From assembly GCA_044449985.1 (NCBI GenBank), contig JBIOIQ010000001.1, positions 280-64,279 of the forward strand: a stretch of DNA of 64,000 bases, written 5' to 3'. This document shows, in pieces, positions 38,284 through 48,261 of the stretch. The position numbers and the translations under genes are program-made. This DNA comes from Candidatus Saccharimonadia bacterium. Its GTDB lineage: Bacteria; Patescibacteriota; Saccharimonadia; UBA4664; JBIOIQ01. The notes under the pieces are model-generated. The model saw only the letters and a list, made by a program, of their open reading frames with translations, was not told the DNA's origin and did not search any database. Each line of letters opens with the position of its first letter. The stretch's first letter is position 1.

Positions 38284-39117
38284 ATGAGGGACTCAACTGA
38301 TAAATCGGCGCATATCCATCATTACCAGCGTCATGCAACATACTCTTATCCGGTTCGGCTGTCCCAACGTATTCACGCTACAGTTACGCTTCCCGTAATC
38401 CTGCTTATATTTACCATTTTGGCGGTGCGGTTTTTCCCGGTATCGCAAAGTAATACTTCAACCCTTGACTGGCACCTAGTAATCTTTTCATTATTATCGA
38501 CGCTTTATCGGTTGCTGATTGCCTACGGCTTCGCCCTGGTTATATCAGTCCCGATTGCGCTTCTAATCAATGTAAATTCCGTGACAGAGCGGTTACTGCT
38601 ACCATTCTTCGACATCGTTCAATCAATTCCAGTTTTGGCCTTTTTCCCTGTCATTATCGCGTTATTTCTGCACTATGGTTTCGTCAACGCGGCGGCCGTA
38701 TTTATCATTTTCTTAAGCATGCTTTGGAATCTGGTGTTTAGTTTAGTCGGTGGTTTGCGAATTATTCCAAGCGATATTCGATCAGCGGCTCAAGTATTTA
38801 ACATCAGGCAAATGGCCTATTTGAGAAAAATAATTCTGCCGGCAATATTTCCATATATAGTCACCGGCTCACTGCTCGCCTGGGCGCAAGGTTGGAATAT
38901 AATAATTGTGGCTGAAGTTCTCCACACCTATATTCCTGGTGGAGGAAGTAGCCTTGATGTCTATGGGATTGGAAGCCTACTAGTGCATGCTTCAGCCAAT
39001 GGACAATCACAAATATTTCTCGCTTCAATTTCGGCGATGGTGATAATGATTGGTCTGATTAACTTCTTTGTTTGGCAAAAATTATTACACCTGGCTGAGA
39101 GGTTTCGGTTTGAATAG
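38284..39117 (+). CDS. NitT/TauT-family ABC permease
   Basis: DIVQSIPVLAFFP, ILPAIFPYIVTG, WNIIIVAE. Confidence 0.85.
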   Translation: MRDSTDKSAHIHHYQRHATYSYPVRLSQRIHATVTLPVILLIFTILAVRFFPVSQSNTSTLDWHLVIFSLLSTLYRLLIAYGFALVISVPIALLINVNSVTERLLLPFFDIVQSIPVLAFFPVIIALFLHYGFVNAAAVFIIFLSMLWNLVFSLVGGLRIIPSDIRSAAQVFNIRQMAYLRKIILPAIFPYIVTGSLLAWAQGWNIIIVAEVLHTYIPGGGSSLDVYGIGSLLVHASANGQSQIFLASISAMVIMIGLINFFVWQKLLHLAERFRFE

Positions 39118-39835
39118 TATTATAAGTCTAGCTAAAGTTTCAAAACGTTACTCAGAAAGCGTAGAAAATGCCCTGAGCCAGATATCTCTCGATGTGGCCA
39201 GTGGGGAGTTCTTGGTCTTGGTCGGGCCTTCAGGCTGCGGAAAATCTAGCTTAATTAAAATAATCGCCGGCCTTGAACATGCGAGCTCAGGAGAGATTTC
39301 GGTCCCCCCCAAAGTCTCGATGGTCTTTCAGGCCGGTGCGTTATTCCCATGGTTAAGTGTGGCTGACAATCTAGGTATCGTGCTGGCGGCCCAAAAACTT
39401 CCGCATAACCAAATTATCCAAAAAATTAATCAATATCTCGAGCTCGTCAATTTGCGAGAATTTAGCGATAAATATCCGCGAGAACTCTCCGGTGGCCAGA
39501 GGCAACGTGTGGGGATAGCGAGAGCACTTGCCATTGAACCGGAAGTTCTAATTCTAGATGAACCATTTTCAGCCCTCGATATTAAAACTACCGAAGATCT
39601 GCATAATGACCTACTCAGGATCTGGGAGCTGACCCACCAAACCATTGTGATGGTATCACATTCGATAGAAGAAGCCGTAACGCTGGCTGATCGAATCGTG
39701 CTTATGGATAGTGGGAAGATAATCCAAACCTTTGATCTCTCGCAGTTAAAGCGACCGAGACGTGAGCAGGCTACTCAATTTATCTCTGATGTCCAAACAG
39801 TCAGGCGGAAACTGCTCGAAGTTGCCAAAGTCTAA
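39110..39835 (+). CDS. NitT/TauT-family ABC ATPase (start likely TTG 39110)
   Basis: GPSGCGKS, LFPWLSV, LSGGQRQRVGIARAL, DEPFSALD. Confidence 0.9.
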   Translation: MNSIISLAKVSKRYSESVENALSQISLDVASGEFLVLVGPSGCGKSSLIKIIAGLEHASSGEISVPPKVSMVFQAGALFPWLSVADNLGIVLAAQKLPHNQIIQKINQYLELVNLREFSDKYPRELSGGQRQRVGIARALAIEPEVLILDEPFSALDIKTTEDLHNDLLRIWELTHQTIVMVSHSIEEAVTLADRIVLMDSGKIIQTFDLSQLKRPRREQATQFISDVQTVRRKLLEVAKV

Positions 39836-39883
39836 AGCCAGGCTTTGCTTATGCTATAATCATTGCCATAAACAGCTCTCTAG

Positions 39884-40462
39884 ATGGCACACAATTTAAA
39901 AGTAAAAACATACTCGAATCGGGAACAACCAACTCAGCCGGCCAAGAATCCGGATTTTGAAGGTCAACACGAGGGCGAAGAAGTAACGTTGGTGTTTCGA
40001 CAACATCCGGTGATCATGCGAAAAGCCTTACTCAAGGGTTTGATTGTACTATTAATCGCATTGGTACCTTTATATTTATGGACCTCGACGGCACTCGTAT
40101 CGAGTAACGATTTCTATAACTGGTCTGTTCGGCTACTAGAAGTTGTATCGGTGTGCGTGTTGTTATTTTGGTTACTTGCCTGGATAAAGTGGCATTATAG
40201 TGTGTATATTTTAACCACCGAAAGACTGTTTCAGATTCATCAACTGGGACTGTTTAAGCGTGAGATAGATTCTCTATTCCATGCCCGAATTCATGCGGTA
40301 AATTATACGATAGATGGCATACAGGGAGCACTGCTTGGTTTTGGCACCATAAGCATTCAAACCGAAGTCGGCAACTACTTTCTAATTAACGTCCCCCACC
40401 CGGCCAAACTTCACGAAAAGATTCTGGAGGCTGTCCGCGACCACGTCGGCGAAGACGACTAA
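39884..40462 (+). CDS. Membrane protein with bacterial PH-like domain
   Basis: FEGQHEGEEV..VFRQHP, 2 TM, YILTTERL, GFGTISIQT. Confidence 0.7.
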   Translation: MAHNLKVKTYSNREQPTQPAKNPDFEGQHEGEEVTLVFRQHPVIMRKALLKGLIVLLIALVPLYLWTSTALVSSNDFYNWSVRLLEVVSVCVLLFWLLAWIKWHYSVYILTTERLFQIHQLGLFKREIDSLFHARIHAVNYTIDGIQGALLGFGTISIQTEVGNYFLINVPHPAKLHEKILEAVRDHVGEDD

Positions 40463-40481
40463 GTTATATTTTTTGCTAAAA

Positions 40482-41084
40482 TTAGTTTGCCCCGGTACCG
40501 CTGACGATTGGATAGACTAGAAATCCCGGACAAGCTTGGTCGTTATCAGCTACATCTATAGACGCGGTTTGATTAGGAGGATAGACCCGTAAATTCGTGG
40601 CTGCCGCCGAACATTTTCCGACCGGCAGAACTCCCGGATCAGGAAAACTTAAGATTGCAGAGGCTTCCCCGTTTGGAGCCAACGTGACTGCGGCACCACT
40701 GCTGCCACTTCTGGTAGCAGGTGAACCGAGCTGATTACCGCTCGCGTCAACCAGCGAAACACCAGGGTATCCGACCAGCGTACAGCTGAGCTTTCCGACA
40801 TTGGTCAGTATCAAGTTTTTGTAGGTCGTTCCGGCGGCACTACTAGTGGCTGCGAGACTCGCACTGAGACTCGTAGTTACACAACCTGATATCCCGCTAC
40901 TAGGTGGGGAAGTGGCCGGAGTAGGGCTAGGAGATGTTGTTAAGCTCGAGTTTGAGCTGACCGTTGTCGAAGCGGATCGATTGTGCAGTACCAGAAATAC
41001 TCCAAAAGCGATGGCCGCGAGTACTATGAGCACTAAGACGATTTGGAAGATAACGATATTTCGATTCGAATTTACCGGTTTCAT
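40482..41084 (-). CDS. DUF4232-like secreted/anchored protein
   Basis: TM, Ser/Thr/Pro linker, AAG..Y..L.LTN....CTL.GYPGV, LRVYPPN. Confidence 0.75.
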   Translation of the reverse strand: MKPVNSNRNIVIFQIVLVLIVLAAIAFGVFLVLHNRSASTTVSSNSSLTTSPSPTPATSPPSSGISGCVTTSLSASLAATSSAAGTTYKNLILTNVGKLSCTLVGYPGVSLVDASGNQLGSPATRSGSSGAAVTLAPNGEASAILSFPDPGVLPVGKCSAAATNLRVYPPNQTASIDVADNDQACPGFLVYPIVSGTGAN

Positions 41085-41195
41085 ATAAATATTAGTTCCT
41101 ATATGTGAGACTAATGCTTATGCTACGCTTTCGTCAAGGATTTAGGCAAACGTTACAAATTTTTCACCAGGCATCACTTGATAAGGTAGCTCAAT

Positions 41196-41603
41196 TTACG
41201 GCTTTTTAAGTTGATCGAGTATTTGGGTGATACCTTTTAGTTCTGCCATCTGTTCATCTTGCAAGGTTGCGAGATACGTCAGGGTCTCATGATCAACTTC
41301 TGCTTTCGCATCATTTTGAGCCTGAGTTTTATTTTGTGAACGTTGCAAGGCCGGTAGAGCCCACCATTGGATCCAACTACCCGAGATCACTCCTAAAGTT
41401 ATTTTGACAGAATCCGGAGCATTTAAAGTCAGGAGCGGCACGATTAAGGCGATATCGAATAATATTACCGAGGCGAGTACATGATTGGTAATCCACTCAA
41501 GGACCACGTCGTTGATAAAAAGGGCTTTATTCTCCTTTTTTCGCTTGTTTTTATTTTGTTCTAAGATTTCTTTAGGATGTCGAACATGTTCATGAGTCTT
41601 CAT
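41196..41603 (-). CDS. Small membrane protein (DUF1003-like)
   Basis: 2 TM, WIQWWALP..SQN, C-terminal coiled coil. Confidence 0.55.
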   Translation of the reverse strand: MKTHEHVRHPKEILEQNKNKRKKENKALFINDVVLEWITNHVLASVILFDIALIVPLLTLNAPDSVKITLGVISGSWIQWWALPALQRSQNKTQAQNDAKAEVDHETLTYLATLQDEQMAELKGITQILDQLKKP

Positions 41604-41675
41604 AAGCCGACTATACCATAAATTCTTGACTCAATTTCATCTCTATTTTCTGGGAGTAGTCTAAAACACTGCCAC

Positions 41676-43160
41676 TCAATAATTTGCAGCGAGAATTGAT
41701 AAATCTGTAATATTTACCACCCCGTCCCCGTTAAAATCACCTTCCGACCAGGTTGCGTTAGTCTTGCCCCAATTAGACGCCAGGATTGAAAGATCAAGAA
41801 TATTCACTACACCATCCCCGTTGGCGTCACCCGGAATTTGGATATTTTTCGATCCTGATATCTCAAGCAGAGTTACATTTGAGCTGGAACTAAAATTGTA
41901 ACTCGTAGCATTGTTGCTTGCTTGAGACGCTAGATTATTAAGATCTGGATGATACTGGGCGACACTCGCACTTTGGGCAAGATTTAGCGTGAGATTTATT
42001 GGACTCGTAGTAATAGCTTGTCTGGTTGTACCATTCCATATATTATCGGCTTCCCAGACCGCCAGCCAGAAAGTCCCATCGCGTTTTTGCAAAAGTACAC
42101 TCGTAGTGGCCGCATCGGTACCAGTTAAACTATAGGTTAAAGCAGCGGGAGTAAATGAAGCCCCGGGGTCACTAAGCAAGCTAATCAGGTTTTCCAATGT
42201 CGTATAAGCTGGGGTCAGGCTCCAATCATCCCTGACTAAACCATACTCCTGCTCTTGAATGGATAACCCGGAATCTGGGAGTTCGTCTAAAAACTCATAG
42301 CCGTATGTTCTTTTTATGCCCAAGCGAAAATTATTAAGAAGCATGCGCGTGTAGTAAGTGGCAAATGTGGGATCACTCACAGGCCAATCCGCCATTGAAC
42401 GCGAGGTAGTAGAATTAAGATCGGCATGATAACCAGTTTCGGTAGCATATAGCGGCTTGTTAGCTGAAATGGTGTTTTGTAAATTCATATTCGCCACAAT
42501 ATTCGATTCAGGATTTCTTCCCCCCGGATAGGGATGGAAATTACCATAATCTAAATAGGAAGACATATCTCCAACTTGAGCGTATGATGCTGACCCTCCT
42601 GTCAGGGTAAAACCGAGAACCGGCACGGAAGAATCATTTGGATCGGCTTTGACTGCTGCATAAAGTGCTTGCTGCTGGGTCTGGGCGATGCTGACCCAAT
42701 TAGTCCAGCCATTGTTATCGACTTCATTCAAGCCTTCAAAAGCATCAGGGATCGGATAATTTTGACTGATCGAGCTGACTATGGCTTGGGCTGTGGTTGA
42801 ACTTGGAATGGGATTAACGATGATGTCTACACCAATTCCATCAGTTTTTAACGAAGCATAAAGCGTCTTTTCTTGGGTAACTCTGGTCGATATCCATGCA
42901 TCTCTAACGTGTCTTACCCCGAGTTGTTGCAACAGGGGAACCCACTGCGACTGTGAGCCGTACTGATCTCCTCCGCCGGTTGCGGCTGAATGAATGTTCA
43001 GTCCAATAGAATCAACGAACGAATCAGAGCTCTTAGCCGTTATGGCGGTTAAATTTGCGGCTTTTGAGTGCCCAATAATCCGATAGCCGATAAGAACTGT
43101 TGCAGCAATTATAAAAATACCGGGAATCCAGACAAATTTATTGGTAGACTGCATAAGCAT
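41676..43160 (-). CDS. Secreted clan GH-A glycoside hydrolase-like protein with C-terminal dockerin-like repeat
   Basis: DSFVDSIGLNIH, EGLNEVD (acid/base), NFHPY, ATETGY (nucleophile); GDANGDGVVNILDLSILASNW...GDFNGDGVVNITDLSILAANY. Confidence 0.8.
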   Translation of the reverse strand: MLMQSTNKFVWIPGIFIIAATVLIGYRIIGHSKAANLTAITAKSSDSFVDSIGLNIHSAATGGGDQYGSQSQWVPLLQQLGVRHVRDAWISTRVTQEKTLYASLKTDGIGVDIIVNPIPSSTTAQAIVSSISQNYPIPDAFEGLNEVDNNGWTNWVSIAQTQQQALYAAVKADPNDSSVPVLGFTLTGGSASYAQVGDMSSYLDYGNFHPYPGGRNPESNIVANMNLQNTISANKPLYATETGYHADLNSTTSRSMADWPVSDPTFATYYTRMLLNNFRLGIKRTYGYEFLDELPDSGLSIQEQEYGLVRDDWSLTPAYTTLENLISLLSDPGASFTPAALTYSLTGTDAATTSVLLQKRDGTFWLAVWEADNIWNGTTRQAITTSPINLTLNLAQSASVAQYHPDLNNLASQASNNATSYNFSSSSNVTLLEISGSKNIQIPGDANGDGVVNILDLSILASNWGKTNATWSEGDFNGDGVVNITDLSILAANY

Positions 43161-43250
43161 AACTAAAGTGTAATAGGCTTTTTTTACTAACCATTACCAA
43201 TTTAACAGAGTTTAGGCTTTTTTACGCTAATTTCAGCCCATATAACCTTT

Positions 43251-45404
43251 TTAGCGTATCAACTTCGGTGCTGTAGGTTGAGTTGGTCGAATGAGTGGAA
43301 TTTCAATACTAAAAGTTGAACCTTTTTCGACTTCACTTTTCACTGTAATCTTCCCATCATGTTCTTTGATGATTAAGTCGGTTAAAAACAAACTGAGTCC
43401 AGCACCTTCATAGTCATAATGCATAAAATTCGTCGCGCGGTGAAATTTATTGAATAAGCTTGGCAGTTCCTTTTTCGCAATACCACTGCCAGTATCACTT
43501 ATTGAAATAACAAGTTTATCATCTCTTACGCTTTGCTCAATAGTAATTTTGCCAACTTTTGTAAACTTAAAGGCATTTTCGATAACGTTTCTGAGAGCAG
43601 TTTGGATTCTAGGTAAATTTCCATTTACTGTGGCGTCGGGACTAGTTTCTTTGACGATCAATGACAGATTACTGGCATTTGCCTGTTTTTTGGCATCAAC
43701 AATGAGTGGTAAGAGTATATCGCTTGCGCGAAGTTGTTGCATCGTTGGTTTTGCGCCGGATTCTATGGCACTAATCGTGAGCAAGTCTTCGACCAATTTA
43801 TTTAATCTCTTACCCGCCATACGTAATGATTCAAGTAGCTCAACTTGGTCATGACCTAACTTCGTAAGCCCAAGAAGTTCAGCTTCACCATTGATAATAG
43901 TTAGCGGTGTCCGGAGATTATGCGAAGCCAGTGCAATAAATTCCGTTTTCATTTGGTCATCGGCGCGCAGTGCCTCATGTGCATCACGTAAATTTTTGGT
44001 TGCACGATCTATTCTTTCTTGTAGCGTTGCATTAAAATTGCCAATTTCTTCATACGCCTGCGCCCCAACAATGGCGACTGCCAGTTGGCTGGCAATGATT
44101 TGCAAGACTGAAATATCTTGGGCCGAGAAAATATCACCAGTCTGTTTTACACCAAGGAGCAAATAACCAACAAATTCCCCACGGGTTTTTAACGGCAATA
44201 GCAGTTGTATCCCATATTCTTCAAGACTCGCGCGCAACGGATCATCAAGTGCAAGTTCATCAGTCAGCAGAAAAGAGTGTTTAAGCTTAATTTTCTTGAG
44301 CTCAATGGCCGCAATTAATTTTTTTGGATGATCACCAACAACTTCGCTAATACCATTCGAATCCGAATTTAAGATCGACACTTGTCCAAAAGTAACTCCA
44401 ATCTCTCGGCAAAGCGAAGACAGAGTATTAGAAAGAAGAGGTTTTAGATGAAGTTCTTCTGCAATCCGCGTCCCAAGATTTCTCAAAACTTCCGGACTCT
44501 CGTACCACCCTGGATCGAAGAAATAGGCCGACCAATGTTCAATTGCCTGAAATAAGGGCTGTAAGATAATGAGTAAGATAAAGGCCGCCCCCGCAATCCC
44601 AAACACCAGAGTAGAAAGCGAATGAGGATAAATTCTTCCTAATTCCCAACTTGTACCGAGTAGTAATACAGCAATTATTCCGAAACCTAGTAAATAGGTA
44701 ATGAGCTTGGTAATGATTAAATGAATATCTGCATATCGATGTCTAATTAACCCGTACCCAATAAAAGCAACAGCCAGCAGTGCCGCCGGACAATCTATTA
44801 AAGGCCCCCCAAGATTAGGATTAACCAATACTAGTACGAAATTGAGAATAATACCGGTCAAAAAAGTGATAGCGATACCGAACGAAGCGTATCTAATCTG
44901 ATTTTTCTCAACCAAGTTCGCTACCTGGTAATTTTGATGAAAATTGTCGAGTGCCAACGCAAACAACAAAAGCGCGAGGATACCATAAAGAATATATCCC
45001 GGACCGGGAACTATCATGAATTGATGGTTTGTATAATTAACTTGCCGAGCGACCAAGTTACTAATCGAGAGCCATCCACCCCCGATAGTAATTAATCCGT
45101 ACATGACATACTGCTTCAGACTGAGCTTATTCTCGAGAGGAAAATAGTGACTAAATACGCAAAGCGCGATGAGGAGCCACAATCCACCGGCATAACTTAA
45201 TCGGGTGGCAAACGTTGCAAGCGACAGATTACCAGGAAGTAGCGAGTAATAATTTGCGGTCGTCCAAAAACTAAATATAAATGATGCGATAAAGAAAGCC
45301 CGGGCTCCCCGAGAATTTCGATTTCTGAGCCAGGCCATCAAACTAATGGCGACAATACTTATCTCGGTAAATGGAATTATTAAATTGATCGAGAACCAAG
45401 ACAC
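43251..45404 (-). CDS. Second multi-TM-GAF histidine kinase (paralog of 4679-6784)
   Basis: Hydrophobic N-terminus, LGVKQTGDIFSAQDISVL, ASHNLRTPL, ENAFKFT, DTGSGI. Confidence 0.9.
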   Translation of the reverse strand: MSWFSINLIIPFTEISIVAISLMAWLRNRNSRGARAFFIASFIFSFWTTANYYSLLPGNLSLATFATRLSYAGGLWLLIALCVFSHYFPLENKLSLKQYVMYGLITIGGGWLSISNLVARQVNYTNHQFMIVPGPGYILYGILALLLFALALDNFHQNYQVANLVEKNQIRYASFGIAITFLTGIILNFVLVLVNPNLGGPLIDCPAALLAVAFIGYGLIRHRYADIHLIITKLITYLLGFGIIAVLLLGTSWELGRIYPHSLSTLVFGIAGAAFILLIILQPLFQAIEHWSAYFFDPGWYESPEVLRNLGTRIAEELHLKPLLSNTLSSLCREIGVTFGQVSILNSDSNGISEVVGDHPKKLIAAIELKKIKLKHSFLLTDELALDDPLRASLEEYGIQLLLPLKTRGEFVGYLLLGVKQTGDIFSAQDISVLQIIASQLAVAIVGAQAYEEIGNFNATLQERIDRATKNLRDAHEALRADDQMKTEFIALASHNLRTPLTIINGEAELLGLTKLGHDQVELLESLRMAGKRLNKLVEDLLTISAIESGAKPTMQQLRASDILLPLIVDAKKQANASNLSLIVKETSPDATVNGNLPRIQTALRNVIENAFKFTKVGKITIEQSVRDDKLVISISDTGSGIAKKELPSLFNKFHRATNFMHYDYEGAGLSLFLTDLIIKEHDGKITVKSEVEKGSTFSIEIPLIRPTQPTAPKLIR

Positions 45405-45556
45405 GTTTTATAACCGTTACTTGTTTGAAACTATATCAGTCATTTTGCGGCAAGCATACTAGCCCCCAGAGCAAGTGCGATTATGGGATATTTTGGACGA
45501 GAGTAGGCGCGTAAATTGTCACCGCTTTTGTTTTGCCTTTTTATAAAGTACTTATT

Positions 45557-45585
45557 ATTCTTCGCCTGAGTCCAGGCCCTGTCAA
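45557..45585 (-). promoter_or_regulatory. Sigma70-type promoter for the kinase
   Basis: TTGACA-17 nt-AAGAAT on the minus strand. Confidence 0.5.
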
Positions 45586-45700
45586 TAGTGCTTATGCTCT
45601 TAAAGCTTCTCGATTTCGAAATACGTAGCCGATTTTTTACGTATTTATTTTAAGACATCACGCATGGTCATAATGAAAACTGTAACCATCCTTTAATAGG

Positions 45701-45716
45701 TGTGAAGATAATCACA
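45701..45716. promoter_or_regulatory. Perfect CRP-type box
   Basis: TGTGA-AGATAA-TCACA; TATAAT at 45737-45742 downstream. Confidence 0.7.
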
Positions 45717-45764
45717 GTATTACGATCTCGTTACGCTATAATTACGTTACAAAGGACATCAAGT

Positions 45765-46646
45765 ATGCAAGCCATTTCTATCAACAATCTCGACAAAAGT
45801 TATGGTAAGAGAAAAGCTCTCAACCATTTAACTTTGGCCGTAGAGATAGGTGAAATTTTCGGTTTCTTGGGTCCAAATGGGGCAGGTAAAACGACTACAA
45901 TCCGATGTCTTATGAATTTTATTCGGCCAGATTCTGGCGAAGTTAGCATTTTTGGTAAAGATGCCCAACACGATTCGGTTCAAGTTAAGAAAGATATTGG
46001 TTTTTTGTCGGCTGATAATCAATTATATGAAAAGTGGAATGCAAATCAACATATAGAATTCCTGGGTTCAATCCGCGGTGGAGAGAATAATGCGAAATCT
46101 CTTCTGGCAAGACTTGACCTTGATCCAAACATGCAACTAAGGCACCTTTCCTCTGGAAATAAACAGAAACTCGGATTAATACTCGCGCTCATGAATAATC
46201 CGAGACTACTGGTACTTGATGAGCCAACAAAAGGACTTGACCCCTTACTCCAAAGCGAGATTTATACCATCTTGCGCGAATACGTTGAGAGGGGAGGGAC
46301 AGTTTTTCTATCCTCACATAACTTAGCCGAAGTGGAACATCTCTGCACAAATGTTGGAGTACTGCGCGAAGGCGAGCTGGTGGCGAGCAAAAGTTTAGCC
46401 GAAATAAGCGCACTTAATATTCATATCGTCTCAATCACCTATCGTCCGCAATCCAAGCCAATCCATCATAATATTGCCGGAGCAGAAATAATCAGCTCAT
46501 CGAAAGATCATTTAGTCTTGAAATTTAAAGGTGATATCAATCCACTTATGCATATGCTGGCAGGACTCGAACTAACTGACATTGAAATTAGCCATGCTCC
46601 ACTTGAAGAGATTTTTATGGAATATTATCGAGGTGAGCCAAGATGA
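45765..46646 (+). CDS. ABC exporter ATPase (start likely ATG 45765)
   Basis: GPNGAGKTT, LSSGNKQK, LDEPTKGLDP; AAAGGA RBS. Confidence 0.92.
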   Translation: MQAISINNLDKSYGKRKALNHLTLAVEIGEIFGFLGPNGAGKTTTIRCLMNFIRPDSGEVSIFGKDAQHDSVQVKKDIGFLSADNQLYEKWNANQHIEFLGSIRGGENNAKSLLARLDLDPNMQLRHLSSGNKQKLGLILALMNNPRLLVLDEPTKGLDPLLQSEIYTILREYVERGGTVFLSSHNLAEVEHLCTNVGVLREGELVASKSLAEISALNIHIVSITYRPQSKPIHHNIAGAEIISSSKDHLVLKFKGDINPLMHMLAGLELTDIEISHAPLEEIFMEYYRGEPR

Positions 46647-47440
46647 AACTTTACTTTAAAGAATTTAACGGCCGAAAAGTATTCTTAATAGTTTGTTGTG
46701 CGATTATTCTTGCTGCAATTTGGTTATATAGTGCCATGTATCCCTCGATTCAAGCCCAGTCTGCTTCGCTCACAAAAGCGCTTGAGTCGTTTGGACCAGC
46801 CATGAAGGCTTTCGGCGTCTCAAATTTTAGCTTGGATACTTTGCAAAAGTTTCTCGCAATTGAACTCTTTAGTATCACCTGGCCGGTACTGACTATTATC
46901 TTAAGTATTTCGATAGCCGGACAAACTTTAGCGGGCGAGACGGAGAAAGCCACAATCGGAACAATTTTAGCACTGCCGATTTCTAGGACTAAAATAGTCC
47001 TCGCCAAATATTTTTCCGGATTATCCGCAATTACAATTTTTGTAGCAATCTCGACTTTTAGTGCAATTCCTATCGCCACTCTCTATAGGTTCACCTTTCA
47101 ATCGATCAATTTCGTCAATCTAGCAGTACTTTGTCTGCTCTTTAGCTGGGCAATATATAGTGTAGCAATGATGTTCTCGGCGATTTTGAACGAGAAGGGT
47201 CAAGTTTTTATGGTGATGGGTGGAAGTTTACTTTTGATGTACATTGCTAACCTACTTGGAGAGATGAGTAATAAAGTTTCATGGCTGCGATACGTTTCCA
47301 TATTCCACTGGTTCAATGCTTCAGACGTTTTAGTTTCCAATCATGTTAATTTGATGGCTTATCTGATTTACGGAGTAATAATTCTGTTATCGGGAAGTTT
47401 TGGCTTAATCTGGTTTAACCGAAAAGACGTAATTGTCTAA
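46643..47440 (+). CDS. ABC-2 type permease
   Basis: AGETEKATIGTILALPISR, 6 TM, ends FNRKDV. Confidence 0.88.
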   Translation: MKLYFKEFNGRKVFLIVCCAIILAAIWLYSAMYPSIQAQSASLTKALESFGPAMKAFGVSNFSLDTLQKFLAIELFSITWPVLTIILSISIAGQTLAGETEKATIGTILALPISRTKIVLAKYFSGLSAITIFVAISTFSAIPIATLYRFTFQSINFVNLAVLCLLFSWAIYSVAMMFSAILNEKGQVFMVMGGSLLLMYIANLLGEMSNKVSWLRYVSIFHWFNASDVLVSNHVNLMAYLIYGVIILLSGSFGLIWFNRKDVIV

Positions 47441-47649
47441 AAATATAATTACACCATAAAATGATTTTTCGTCAAAAAGAGTAGGGGAGTGCTAAATTTT
47501 ATTTTAGTCTCCCCTTCCCTTGTTAACATACTTGGTAAATTCTTCGTAAAACTGGTATATAAAATTCGAATTTAGAAAAATTCGAATTTGTTAGACCCGA
47601 GTTACCAAACCTCCCTCGAGGTGGGATTAGAACTCCCCTACTTTTAATT

Positions 47650-48150
47650 TTATTTTAAGATTTCCTCTAAGTGATTTCTGGCTTCCGTTAAGATTTCGGA
47701 AGCTTTTTCGCGTTTTTCGTCAGATCCGTCATGCAGAATTTGGCGCGACAAAGAGACAAGCTGCATTAAGGATATTTTAAGCTTAATGACCTTACTCGAC
47801 TTTTTATCGATTGACTCCCATGGAGCTTCAGTGCGCTTATTTTCTGCTTCAGTGCGCCCTAGTTCTGTGATTGTGTAAATTTTTTTACCACCATCTTCCT
47901 TGCCTGATACAAATTCTTGTTCTTCAAGGAGCTGAAGTGTTGGGTATACTGACCCTGGACTCGGTCGCCACATTCCATGACTTTTTTTCTCAAGTTCCTG
48001 AATAATCTCGTACCCGTGCATTGGTTTATCTGCTAGAACTCGTAAAATTATTGGACCGATATCTCCACGTTTAGCTTGCATGCCGTGCCAGCCTCGAAAC
48101 ATACCATGTCCATGCCAATTCTGAGCCCAATCTTCATATTGATCTTTCAT
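47650..48150 (-). CDS. PadR-family transcriptional regulator (start likely ATG 48150)
   Basis: PMHGYEIIQEL, WRPSPGSVYPTLQLLEE, KKIYTITELG; AAAGGGG RBS. Confidence 0.9.
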   Translation of the reverse strand: MKDQYEDWAQNWHGHGMFRGWHGMQAKRGDIGPIILRVLADKPMHGYEIIQELEKKSHGMWRPSPGSVYPTLQLLEEQEFVSGKEDGGKKIYTITELGRTEAENKRTEAPWESIDKKSSKVIKLKISLMQLVSLSRQILHDGSDEKREKASEILTEARNHLEEILK

Positions 48151-48165
48151 AATTATCCCCTTTCG

Positions 48166-48221
48166 CGATATATCGTGATATATCATCAATTATTATATAC
48201 AGCGATATATTGTACTGTCAA
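48166..48221 (-). promoter_or_regulatory. padR promoter with three GATATATC-type palindromes
   Basis: TTGACA (48221-48216), TATAAT (48197-48192); CGATATATCG 48166, TGATATATCA 48176, CGATATATTG 48203. Confidence 0.7.
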
Positions 48222-48261
48222 ATTCGAAACTTTTATGCAGCCTAAGCTTTCAAAACTATGT

